From: Paraspadella gotoi
Lineage: Eukaryota > Animalia > Chaetognatha
DNA: 64,000 bases
Assembly (NCBI GenBank): GCA_051294375.1
Contig: CM119263.1
Span: 268,019-332,018, forward strand
Reading direction: 5' to 3'
Under the pieces are notes generated by a model. That model made no database searches and was not told where the DNA came from. It saw only the letters and a list, made by a program, of their open reading frames with translations. Position numbers and translations under genes: made by a program. This document shows positions 12,850 to 24,952 of the stretch, piece by piece (positions within the stretch are counted from its first letter, which is position 1; every line of letters begins with the position of its first letter).

Positions 12850-13393
12850 TAAGAACGGTACCTAATTCAAATGTGTGACTTTATTTTCACGGGTATTTCT
12901 CTTTGATCACATGATATGACATGACATGACTAAAAAACTTTTTTTGCCCGATTATTTATGACATGCACTGCATCAAAAATCGTATTTTAATCCGTTTTTC
13001 AGAATTTCTGTAGGCGGCGTTAGCAGTCTCTTAGATTTTATATTTTTTTTCTTAACAAATGAGCAACCAACTATAAGCATATTATATTCGTTTTATGATT
13101 CATTATTATGACCTATCTCGATACGATAAGTTAACATGTATTAAAGTCGACTTATAGTTACCAATATGCATTGTCCAATTTACCGTTTCTAAATTGCATT
13201 GTGTTTCTAAATTGCATTGTGTAAAATTACTGTGGCCCATGGTCCTCGGACCCGCTGTATGAATAAATACAAATACAAATACACAAATATATTTATTTTC
13301 ACTTTAGTGGGACAGACCAACGGACAGACATACCGACGGACCTAAAAGTGACTTATAGAGAGGCTCCGGGAGTAGTCTCGGCGCAACTAAAAA
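12850..13393 (-). mobile_element. DINE-1/HINE-like element; also at ~36087-36637
   Basis: The minus strand starts ttttagttgcgc...ctctataagtcactttt and has a GTCY-type tract (gacagaccaacggacagac on +). It shares cttaacaaatgagcaa and ggacccgctgtatgaataaatacaa with other copies. Confidence 0.7.
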
Positions 13394-14241
13394 TAGGCGA
13401 CTTTAATTGGATTATCGAGTTTTTTCGATTCACTCGACGAGTTTTTTTTTCTCTCCGATTTCACTTCTTCGATTTTTCGATTCCTAGTGACAAGCTTTCA
13501 TATTTCCATTAAACGGACTTTATATTTATCGGATTTTTATTATTTTTTTTAAATATTAAATTTAATCTAGAGCCTGTATGTTTTTATTTCAAGGGGAAAA
13601 AAAGAACTAATTTTATATTTTTGCAAAGAAGGGAGATGATAAAGACGACGACGAAGACGACGACGACGACGACGAAGACGACGACGAAGACGACAAGGAT
13701 AAAATGATAAACACGACGAAAAGATTCAGGGAAAATCTGTTATACGACGACGACGACGACGACGACGACTACATCGCAAAGACGGCGAATCGTCGAAGCT
13801 CCAGAAATCGCAGGGGGCGCTATTCAGGGGGGGGGGCGGTTGGAGTGAGAAGAGAGTGACCGGGTTGCGATGGCGAAAGTGTGATGCGATGGAGAAAAGC
13901 GTGAAATGGGGAGGGAGAGAGGGAGGGCGGAGTGAAAGCGTGAAACGGAAAGGAGTGAGAATTCAGTCTCTTTCTTCCTTGTGATCGAAAACACCTCGGT
14001 CGACAAACCCCGAGGGCGAAGGATCTTCATCATCCTCTTCCTTAGGCCCCATCACCACCCCATCATCACCCCTTCACCCCCTTTTAACCCCCACGAGGGT
14101 CCACCCCAAATCATCATCCAACATCTTATCATCTTCAGGAAAAAAAAACTTTTTCCTTTCGATTTCTCGCGGACAACGAAATAGGAAAGAGTCTGTCTGT
14201 CTGTCTGTCTGTCTCTCTTTACTTCAATCATCTTCATAATC

Positions 14242-14242
<1 letters not shown>

Positions 14243-14336
<94 letters not shown>
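14243..14336. repeat. (ATT)n microsatellite
   Basis: Perfect trinucleotide run. Confidence 0.97.
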
Positions 14337-14339
<3 letters not shown>

Positions 14340-14459
14340 TCATCATAGATTTGTCAAAAAAATTGTCATAGATATGTTTTATTTGAGACGTAATATTCAA
14401 ACTTGAAGGTGATTTCAAACGTTGATGTGGAACTGAGTTTCTTTGTTCGTAATTACGTT

Positions 14460-14985
14460 CGTCATCATATTCATCGTCATCTTCAAATAGATCTTTATCA
14501 TCATCATATTCATAGTCATTATCATCATATTCATCGGCCCCATCCTAGTCATCATCTTATTCATCCTCAACATCATAATATTCATCTTCATCATCATCTT
14601 AATCAGCGTCTTTATCATCGTCATCATCTTAGTCATCATCGTCATCATCATATTTATGTTCTTAGCATCATATTCATCTTTATCATCATCTTAATTATCA
14701 TCATCTTCGTAATCATTTTCATCCTCCTCATCTTTATCATCATCATCTTCATCATCTCCATCATCAAATTCATCGTCTTCATCATCTTATTCATCGTCTT
14801 CATCATCAAATTCATCGTCTTCATCATCTTATTCATCGTCGACATCATTTTTTAATCATCAACGCGTCGTTCGTCCATCGTCTTTCAAAATCTCATCTTC
14901 TTCTTCTTCTTCTTCTTCTTCTTCTTCTTCTTCTTCTTCTTCTTCTTCTTCTTCTTCTTCTTCTTCTTCTTCTTCTCCTTCTTCA
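14460..14985. repeat. (CAT)-rich low-complexity tract followed by (TTC)n
   Basis: Degenerate CAT/CGT/CTT triplets with an internal 39-bp duplication near 14760-14840. Confidence 0.9.
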
Positions 14986-15336
14986 GCAGCAGCAGCAAAG
15001 TTCGGCGGCAGCATCGGCAGCAGCAGCGGAAACAGAAGCAACAACATCACCGGAATTCAGATCGGATGGCGGAGCCCAAGTTTTTTGAAACGGACGAACG
15101 AAATTCACGAGTCCAATTCGAACGCGCGTTCAGGGTTAAAAGTTAAAACAAAACAAAACATTTAAATTGCAATATAGTATTATTTCCAATCAAGTCTAAA
15201 GGATAAAACTCAAAAGTTTAATTGTTATAAGATAAACATTTGAAACATTAAAACCGAAACAAAAAGATAGTAAAATGACGACAAAAAAAGAATTGACATT
15301 AGGATGGCAGAAACATTAAGTTATCTCGCGTTCAAG

Positions 15337-15444
<108 letters not shown>

Positions 15445-15725
15445 ATCATGTGGTATTAGATAACGAGAGACTCAACATCAGTTTTCTTTCCCCCTCCTCT
15501 CTCCCTCTCCAGCCCCCCCCCCAAGGAAAACAAGGAAAGATCGACTCTTTCTGAGTCTCCCCCTCATTTTCCTTACCTCCTCTTCCTCTTCCTCCTTCTC
15601 CCTCTCCTCCTCCTCCCCCTCCTCCTCTTCCTCCTCCTCCCACTCCCTCCCCCCATCGCGACCCGAATTCCTCGCGGCGAAAAACTCCGAATCTTTGGAG
15701 GGGAGGATGAGAGAGAGAGAGAGAG

Positions 15726-15795
<70 letters not shown>

Positions 15796-15869
15796 CCATG
15801 CAGTCTACTGAGTATGGCCTATCAGGTTGAACGTTTCCTCCTTTGTCCGCAGCCTCTGTTTTCTCTGTA

Positions 15870-16553
15870 TCAAGTGCGAAGAAGACAGGGAAGGAAATTC
15901 AAAGGCAAAGACTCAAAGAGGTCATAAGGATCCCGAAAGGGTTGGGAATGATTCCAGGAACCAAGTGATCATTAAAAGATCCAAAGATCTTAAGTATATA
16001 ATGTTTTTTTTAAATTATAAACTTAAAGAAAGAAACATCGCTTACTATTGTCTAAGTAATTAAGCAAAAAATAGTTGACTAAAGTTGACACAAAGACAAA
16101 GTCGGAAAAATGATGAAGAAAAGTTCAAAAAAACTAAAGAATCGCGTAAAATTGAAGACGGCCCCCATGAGGCCAGTTCCGCAAAGAGACTCTGTAGAGA
16201 TGTTAACATGAAAGCAAGTGCATACATCGGAAATGCTAAATCTTTGCGACTTGAATGAGACACGCTGCAACCAGCGAGTTGGATAAAAGGGAATTAGGTT
16301 AAAAATTAATTCAAATCAACTTTTAAAAAATTGAGTTCAAATTCAAACAGGCATCATGGATGAGCGCAAGAGGCGAGCAAGCAATGTGGCAATGAAAAAA
16401 AGAAGCGAACAAGCAGAGTGGAAGAACAAAAGATGCGGACAAGCAGTAATAAAGAGACGAGCTTGCTGTGTGAAAGAACGCGAGCTGATTGGAAGATGGA
16501 AAATGCTAGCGAGCAATGTGGCTAATAAACAAAAAGGCGAACAAACATAATAG
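15870..16553 (+). pseudogene. Possible spliced coding relic (K/E/R-rich), product unknown; also at ~39160-39835
   Basis: Three purine-rich, complex segments are separated by AT-rich GT-AG stretches at 15994-16064 and 16298-16350. Splicing the second stretch gives the open frame MRHAATSELDKRELGIMDERKRRASNVAMKK. Frameshifts or stops are needed upstream. Confidence 0.25.
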
Positions 16554-16944
16554 AAGAGCGAAAAAAGGAAAAAAGCCAGAAGAGGCGCTAATTCTCTCGA
16601 GGATTTCGTAAATTTTTAAGGGGATAATAATTTATCTTTTCTTCTCTCGTTTTTCCGCAGTTTTCCCTTTTTTTTTTAAATTTATTACTATATTTCCTAT
16701 TTTCTGCGTAGCTTTCCCTTAAGTTTTTCGATACGTTTCCTAAATTAAAAAAAACAAAAAAAAACAGCTGTTTTGTTTTGTTTCGAATGTCAATTCTAAC
16801 TCGAACTGTTTGAAAAAGATTCTCTCGTATCGGTCAATCGCTTTTGAAATTATTGGTTGACAAATTGCGGGAGCGGCTTTTCTTAAATTGAAAAAGAAAA
16901 TCTTTGATTAATCTGATTTGGAGATGGTAAACAAGAAACGAAAC

Positions 16945-17055
<111 letters not shown>

Positions 17056-17306
17056 GAGAGAGACGTGTTGAAACATAATTAGCTAAAAGTCAACAAAATT
17101 CTTGTTTCCACACACTAATTTTGTCACAATTCAAAAGAAGAGAAAAAAGAAAAGAGATTTTGGGTTTTTTTTCCATTTTCTTTTTCTTTTGTTTTATTTG
17201 TTATTTCTAGAAAAATTCGTGGACTTTAACGAAAAATCTGAAATTATTAGTTTTTTTAATCAAGGATTATTTGATTATATTGAGCTAATCAGATTTTTAA
17301 AAATAA

Positions 17307-17347
<41 letters not shown>

Positions 17348-17610
17348 TCTCTCTCTCTCGGCCTAACTCTCACGTTCACACTACGACATCACGTCGTAAC
17401 CCTGTGTGAAAAATCAGAGGGAGACAGAGTCACAAGAAAAGCGAAAAACGATTGAGAGGGAGACAATGCGCTTAAGTGGGAAACGCGAGAAATCGTGATC
17501 CTATTGACGAGAAAAAAGGGAAAAAACGTCTCTCTCTCTCTCTCTCTCTTTCTCTTCTCATCAAAAAGAGAATTTAGTGTCATTTACATTGGAAATAATG
17601 TCCTCTTCGC

Positions 17611-17673
<63 letters not shown>

Positions 17674-18229
17674 TCTCTCCCACTTTTGCTCTTCTCACAG
17701 TATTACTCGGAATTTACAAAGACTAAGCCTAAAACCGTTTTTTTACCTGATGCGTCACAGAAGCAAAAAAGTCATTTGTTTCGGTCCATTTCACTTCAAC
17801 GATTCCTCCTCCTGAGGGAGGAATTTTACTCTTAATTTAGGTCTTTTGAAAAGAATTCATTTCACACTGAACGAAGCTCTATTAATGAGATTTAAAAAAC
17901 AAGACTGAAATAAGAAAATTAGAAATAAGAAATAAGACTGAAATATTAAAATTCTGCAGAAAAAAATGTGATTATAAAACCACAATATTATAAAACATGA
18001 CATACATGACGAAAGATTTTGAATATCAAAACAAATACTTATTATTAAAATACATATTATACGTTTTAACCAAAACGACTTGACGTCTGGTTCTCAGTCA
18101 TTCACCTTCTTTCGCGATTCGATGTCAAAAGAAAAACAATTTTCTTTTCTAAAAATAGATTTCGTCTAATTTATTCCGCGAGGGTTGAGTCACATTTCAA
18201 GTCGGTGAGCCGCGTCGTGAGACCAGAAT

Positions 18230-18269
<40 letters not shown>

Positions 18270-18797
18270 GAGAAAAAAAATATCGTTCTCAATTTGAATA
18301 TAACGTGAGATTTTGATTTTAATTAAACCAAATAAAGATGAAATAAATCTTAGTTCAAAATAAATCAAGAATGCTTTGAATCCGATTTAATTTAATCTAA
18401 CTTCGATATTGCAAACGAATGAATAAACTCTAGTCATATGTATTTTAAAGTTTATTGAAATATTGAAAACTGAAAAAATGAAATACATCGACTTTGTACA
18501 TTTGAGAACACTGAACACTCTTTGCCTTTCTCTCTAGATACTATTTCCTTTACTTTGCCGTAAATAATTCATTCTCATTATTTATTGTAGCGATATTTTT
18601 ACAACTGCCTCACCTCCGACTTTATGCAGCTAATCCCATTGGCTCAGAGGGGGAACACACCATCTCAAGCTCTACATTCTATCCACAGCTCCATTTGGTC
18701 TATCAGATCCATCTACTGGTCCATTTCCTGCTATGGTATTCCCTATGTATTGGCAAAGCGAGACCGTCCTTGATTAACCGCGCCAGTGGCTGGCGGC

Positions 18798-20217
18798 TAG
18801 GCGTAGTGAAAGTTACATACGAAAATTCTAAATGTCAATTTAAACAACATACCAATCAGTGAAGATATTAATATGTAAAAAAAATAATTTTATGTGTTAT
18901 TAATTTTCGCAGTAGGCATATGATTTATAACATAGTGTGATGAGAGGCCGTTAAACCACCAAGCTGTCCCATAAGTCAGGGAACAAGATAGGCTTATTAT
19001 TAAATGAATGGATAATTTTATTATATTGGTTGTACCAATTTCATAAAATTCAGCTGCCTTGTATTTGAATGCTAGTGCGGAGATACAATATTAGTATTCC
19101 CCGATCTAATACTAAGGGAGTTGGTCTTTTTCATACAATTGAAACATTCTTTGAAATATTATAACCACTCTCATTGATAGGGAAGCCAGGTTCCACTGGG
19201 AGTGAATAAATTAAGACTGTGAGAGAGTCTTGATTGAAAGCTTGCAGAAACCTGCTATGTTATTATCTTGTAAGTGTGATGGTAGGCCTTAAAACGCACC
19301 AAAAGCCTGTCCAAAGTCAGGGACAAGATAGCTTATTTATTAAATGAATGGGATAATTTTTAATATTGTGTGTACAATTTCATAAAAATTCAGCTCCTTG
19401 TATTTGATGCTAGTGCGGGAGTACAATATAGTATTCCCCCGACTAATACTTAACGCGGAGTGGTCTTTTCATACAATTATGAAAACATTCTTTGAAATAT
19501 TATACACTTCATTGATAGGGAAGCCAGGTTCACTGGAGTGAATAAATAAGACTGTGAGAGAGTCTTCATTGAAAGCTTGCAGAAGACCTGCTAATGTTAT
19601 TATCTTGTAAGTGTGATGGAGGCCTTAAACCACCAAAGCCTGTCCAAAGCTCAGGGACAAGATAGCTTATTTATTAAATGAATGGATAATTTATTTATAT
19701 TGGTTGTATCCAATTTCATAGTACTCATCCTTAGTATAAATCGAAAAATTCAAAAATATGCTTTTCTTAATTTTGATTGCAGATTTGAATTCCTCGTCAA
19801 AAAGTTGATAAAGAAAATATAAAATCATTTTACAAATTCTTTCATTAAGTGGGTTAAAAATTAAAAAAACTACATTTAATATATAAAAAGTTAATTTTCA
19901 AAGCTTAAAATATTGTCTTTTTTTAATTTTTGACCCACTTAAATGAGGGAATTTTATCAAAAGAGTTATATTTCTTTATTATATCAACTTTTTATGACGG
20001 AATCCAAATCTGCAAAAAAATTTTAGAGAAAAACTGTTTTGAAATTTTAATATTTATTGGATTAGGTACTAGATATACAATATGGCCTACTGCCATAAAT
20101 TGTAAAATTTATTAAAAATTTTTTATTACATAAATGTTTAATAGTATTAATGTGGTTCATTCCTCACTTTTTAGAATTTTAATTAAGTTAAATTTAAGAA
20201 ATTTTAACAACGCCTTA
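18798..20217 (+). mobile_element. TAAGGCG-terminus MITE with nested tandem insert (copy A)
   Basis: Same insertion as 28003-29424. Flanks are ctggcggc and noisy ctaggcggc, and the element is absent at 42060-42067. Confidence 0.9.
18937..19720 (+). mobile_element. 2.3 tandem units of the ~335-bp repeat nested in the MITE
   Basis: gtgatg(g)aggcc..ttaaaccacc recurs three times at ~335-340-bp spacing, and catagt lies at both junctions. Confidence 0.9.
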
Positions 20218-21238
20218 ACTAGGCGGCGTCACTTATGGTCGGAAGACCCTAAAAAACGTCAGGGAAATGCCCTCATCCCAATTGGCATCACAGACAACCC
20301 GGGCTGTGATTCGGACTATAAAATATATAATCATTTCACTGCACAAAGGTGTCCATTATCTCAATCTGTCCAATTTCCGAAACAATGCTGCCTCAAATCT
20401 GGCCGAGGAACTCAGCGACCCTGAAATCCTTCGTCAGTATATATCCTCTTCATCGAACTAATAAAAATAGCGAGACAATGAAACACTTTTGATGCATGAA
20501 AGAGAAGAGAAATTCGCGACACGACAGGAATGGACACCATTTGCGGAAACAGAAATGGAAGCGAGAATTTCCTACTCGAATTCATTTGTGTCTTCCATTT
20601 TCACTGGGGAACAAAATCTTCCTTTTCTTCCTATTTTGTCTTTCTTTTCTTTTCTTTCATGTCATTTTCGCATTTTTTATAAATTTTGTCACTAGTTATG
20701 ACAACAAATTTAAATCTGTATTCTTTGAGAGTCATCACATATACCGAGATGAAGATTAACCTATATTATTTCAATCTTTTTCCCTTTTTTTAAAATTTAT
20801 TTCTTTTCCTTTAACTTTTCCCTTTTTTTTTCCTCTTCGTTCCTTTTTTTCCTTGTTTTGTCCTTGAAATTCTCCGCGTCGAAAATATCGCCTTCGTACC
20901 TTTTATGCAAATCAGTTTAAACTTTTTCTTAAAATGAAAATAAATGATAATCTCTACTCGTTTTACCCTCGAAAAATTCTTCATTTATTCTCTTTTAAGT
21001 TTTATTTGAGAAAAGATAAATAAACCAGTTATAAAAAAATAAATAAATTTTAAAAAAATAAATAAATATATAAATAATATATAATAAATAAAATAACAAA
21101 AAATAAATCAAGTTTTATTTTGATTTTCATTATCTAAATCATGTAATAACAAAAAAAAAAAAAAAAACTGGAGAAAAAAAACAAATTGCAGAATCTTTTT
21201 CTTGTTTCCTTTTTTCAGACCAAATTGCCGTCAATGAA

Positions 21239-21307
<69 letters not shown>

Positions 21308-21540
21308 AAAAGATGGAGCGAAATAGTGTGAAGTGAACCGGGAAGGAGAATGGAGAGATACAGAGACAGACAAAGCAGCTGAGACCATAAACGAGAGCAA
21401 AAGAAGCAGATGAGTTTGTTTAGACTTTATCAAATTATCTTCAGAGAACTGTTTGGTTTTTTTTTAAAAACAAAATTACAAACTTAATTTCAACTTAAAT
21501 ATCTTAAAAAATTTATAAAAATATTTCCCAAAATTGTTTA

Positions 21541-21774
21541 TATGAAATTGGTACAACAACAAAAAAATATCCATTCATTTAATAAATGAGCTATCTTTTC
21601 CCTGACCTTGGACAGGCTTTGGTGGTTTAGGTCTCCCAACACTCTTACAAGATAATGACATAGCAGGTCCTTGCAAGCTTTCAAATCAAGACTCTCACAG
21701 CCTCGTTTATTCACTCCCCAGAGAACCTGGCTTCTCTATTAATTAAGTGGTATAATGTTTCAAAGAATATTTCA
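21541..21774 (-). mobile_element. 5'-truncated monomer of the ~335-bp family; also at 30739-30972 and ~43466-43699
   Basis: Reverse complement of the unit, ending exactly at ccaatttcata. Confidence 0.85.
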
Positions 21775-21793
21775 GATCCTTTCGGCTTTTTTT

Positions 21794-21836
<43 letters not shown>

Positions 21837-21974
21837 TCTCTCTCAGCCATGACTTCTGCTTTTCTCTCCACTTAAGGTCAATTCCGCGTCACCTTGGCCA
21901 CCTGTTCTCCATCAACGATTAACCAAATAGTGAACCTCCGAATTTTTTTCATGTCGCCTGATGTGATAAGAAGA

Positions 21975-22085
21975 ACAAAAAAAAAGCTTAACAGACAGGA
22001 GAACAAAAAAAAGCAAAACAAAAGGGAGAACAAAAAAAAGCATAACAAAAAGGAGAACAAAAAAGCAAAACAAACAAGAGAGCAA
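21975..22085 (+). repeat. ~26-bp A-rich minisatellite (ggagaacaaaaaaaagcaaaacaaaa) x3-4
   Basis: ggagaacaaaaaa recurs three times. Confidence 0.75.
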
Positions 22086-22446
22086 GAAAGGTAATTCCAA
22101 TGTGTTGCGTCGCAGTCACTTTATTCTTACGTGTATTTCCCTTTGATCACATGATCATGACATGACTAAAAACTTTCTTCGTCCGTGCACTGCATCAAAT
22201 TTGGTCTTTTATTCCTTATAGTTTTAAGAATTCCTGAAGGCGGCGCTAGCAGTCTCTTAGTTTTGAGGTTTTTTCTGTCTTAACAAATGAGCAAACAACT
22301 ATAGGCAAATTATATGCCGGACCCGCTGTATGAATAAATACAATACAATATATGCATTTTTAAGGTAAGCGGGACAAAACCGATGGACAGACATACCAAC
22401 GTACCGAAAAGTGAATTGCTCCACCAGTACTCGCGACGCAACTAAC
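22083..22446 (-). mobile_element. DINE-1/HINE-like element with subterminal inverted repeats; also at 31281-31644 and ~44013-44376
   Basis: GTTGCGTCGC (22104-22113) is inverted to GCGACGCAAC (22433-22442). It has a GTCY-like tract and is homologous to 12850-13393. Confidence 0.75.
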
Positions 22447-22750
22447 AAGAAAAAAAAAAATGAACTAAATAACGAAAATGAGAATAAAAAAAAAGGAACT
22501 TTAACAAAATGAATAAATAACTTGGTTGCAACAAAATTCACCAGAATAAGATTCGACTCGAAAAACCGAAACTCGCAAAAAGAAAATCAATAATCAGGGA
22601 GAGAACTAACTTCGCAATCTCACATTATTAGACAATAGACAATTCTTAACTATTCACGAGACAAACAACACCCAACCGTCAAAAACAATTGGATCTACTA
22701 TGCGCATGATGACAAAAAATCGTAATGAAATGAAACGTAAAGCAACTAAT

Positions 22751-22888
22751 GCAAGTGACGGTCGCACTCAAAGCGACAGCCACACTCAAAGCGACAGTCG
22801 CACTCAAAGCGACAGCCACACGCAAAACGATGGCCACACGCAAAGCGACAGCCTTACTCAAAGCGACAGCCACACGCAAAGCAGCAGA
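22751..22888 (+). repeat. 18-bp minisatellite (cactcaaagcgacagcca) x~7; also at 31949-32086 and ~44678-44815
   Basis: The period of 18 is directly visible and appears as HTQSDS/ALKATA repeats in the ORF track. Confidence 0.95.
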
Positions 22889-22994
22889 CGCACAATCGTT
22901 GCGTCCAAATCACAGCAAATTTCCATCGTCGTTAACGAGTCACCCATCGGCGCTTTGATTGGATCCTTTGCGTGACCGCTTAATTCAGAGACAA

Positions 22995-23059
<65 letters not shown>

Positions 23060-23379
23060 CTCTCCTAACAAATTTCAAATCACTTTGTCAAAGGAAACAG
23101 TTCAGATTAATGGTTTTATTAATTTTCGTTTCTTCTTCTTGTTTCATTGAATTGAAATGTTTTTTTTTTCGTAGGATAGAGTCCCACTGAAAAAAAGAGA
23201 GAAGAGGATGTGTCACCACGGGGGTTGGAAAGCAGAGGCGGGACCTTGTGGGAAAAAAAGAAGAAAATAAAAAAAGGGGAAAAAATTAAAGGAAAAAAAT
23301 AAAGAAGACTAAAAAGAGATTTAATTTTAAACCAAAAAGGTGTGTATGAAATGAAGAATTTCAATGGGAAAGAAAAAAT

Positions 23380-23406
23380 AGAAAGAAAGAAAGAAAAAAA
23401 GAAAAA

Positions 23407-23449
<43 letters not shown>

Positions 23450-23450
23450 T

Positions 23451-23542
<92 letters not shown>

Positions 23543-23560
23543 ACGAACGAACGAACGAAC
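23380..23560. repeat. (GAAA)n grading into (GAAC)n
   Basis: Tetranucleotide run; shorter in copy C (45300-45387). Confidence 0.97.
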
Positions 23561-23657
23561 CAGAATAAAAGGGTGAGGAAGTGTAAGAGAGAGAAGGGAC
23601 AAACAGAGATGACACGAAATGGGACCAAACTTTTTGGGGACCCGAAAAAATTTGCTT

Positions 23658-23712
<55 letters not shown>

Positions 23713-24043
23713 AGACAACTAATCTGCCAAAAAGGGAAACGCAAACATTTTCTTTAAAGATGAAATAATAAACTCGGAGGATTTTGTTTAATCATTTTAA
23801 CTTTTAAAAAAGTTAAAATTTCGAGGTTTTTTTTCTGAATTAATTTTTTTTCGTCGCTGAATCAGATTCTTCATGATTTTTTAATGATGAATAAAAAATA
23901 GAAAAAATAAAATAACATGGAAGAGACATGGAAAACAAATTAAATAGATTCTGTTTTAAAATTACGAAGTCATCGCAAATAGTAAGAAAGGAAACTGGAA
24001 ACAAATTCTGAAGAGAAAAACAGATTAAAAGAGATTTTGTTAG

Positions 24044-24121
<78 letters not shown>

Positions 24122-24952
24122 CTCGACGACGCCAAAGTGTCAACTAACTCCAATCCTTAAAACAATAACAAACACCGACAAAAAAGTTTTTCCCCTAAAA
24201 AAAATCGTCTAGAAAAACTTCGTGACGTGAACGACCTTAGCTTTGTGGTCGTCGTCTTCGTTGTCGTCGTCTTCGTCGTCGTCGTCGTTGTTCATCATCA
24301 TCCATCGTTATCCTCTTTTAGTTAATCCTCGTCCCAGTCAATTGTTAAGTTGCCTTTCCCTTTTGCTCCCCTAAAATTGAATTTTCTAATTTTTCGCATC
24401 CAAATTTTTGCCATCACTTTGTGCGAAAATTGTCTTATGAAACGAATGAGCTTAAAGGGGTCTTGAAATCAGACTTTTATAGTAAACCCATTGGCCATTG
24501 GCTGGTTCAATAATAAAGACCGAAGCACAAAATAAGCCTTAATACGGTAAAGACGAATTTCGGGAGAAAGCAGACGACAGAGAAGAAATAGAAATATTAT
24601 AACTGGATATCTGTATTTCTAGATAATAAAAAAATTACCAAGTTACCAATGATGGAAATTGATAATAGACCATGACAGCAAATCACAAAGCAGAAAATCC
24701 CACAAAGAATCAAATGACTTCATCTTAGAATTTTCTCTTTGTGTTCTGTTTTATATTCCATAAGTTTCCAAAGATTTCTATACAAATTTGCTCCCGCTTT
24801 TCTTTTCAAGAATCAAGAAGTATTTCTCTTCACCTTCATAAAAGTTTTCACTGTATTTTTATGTGAAATAAATCCAGAAACAAAAGCATTTTTGTTCTTT
24901 TTTGATCCTTTGAGGCGACAGAGAATCGAAAGTGAAACCAGAGGGAGGAGGA

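Noticed and set aside
14403-14855. His-rich/Ile-rich 150-aa ORF or antisense Asp/Glu-rich protein
   Set aside because: It derives from a CAT-triplet tract, the acidic frame contains stops, and the frame is not preserved in copy C.
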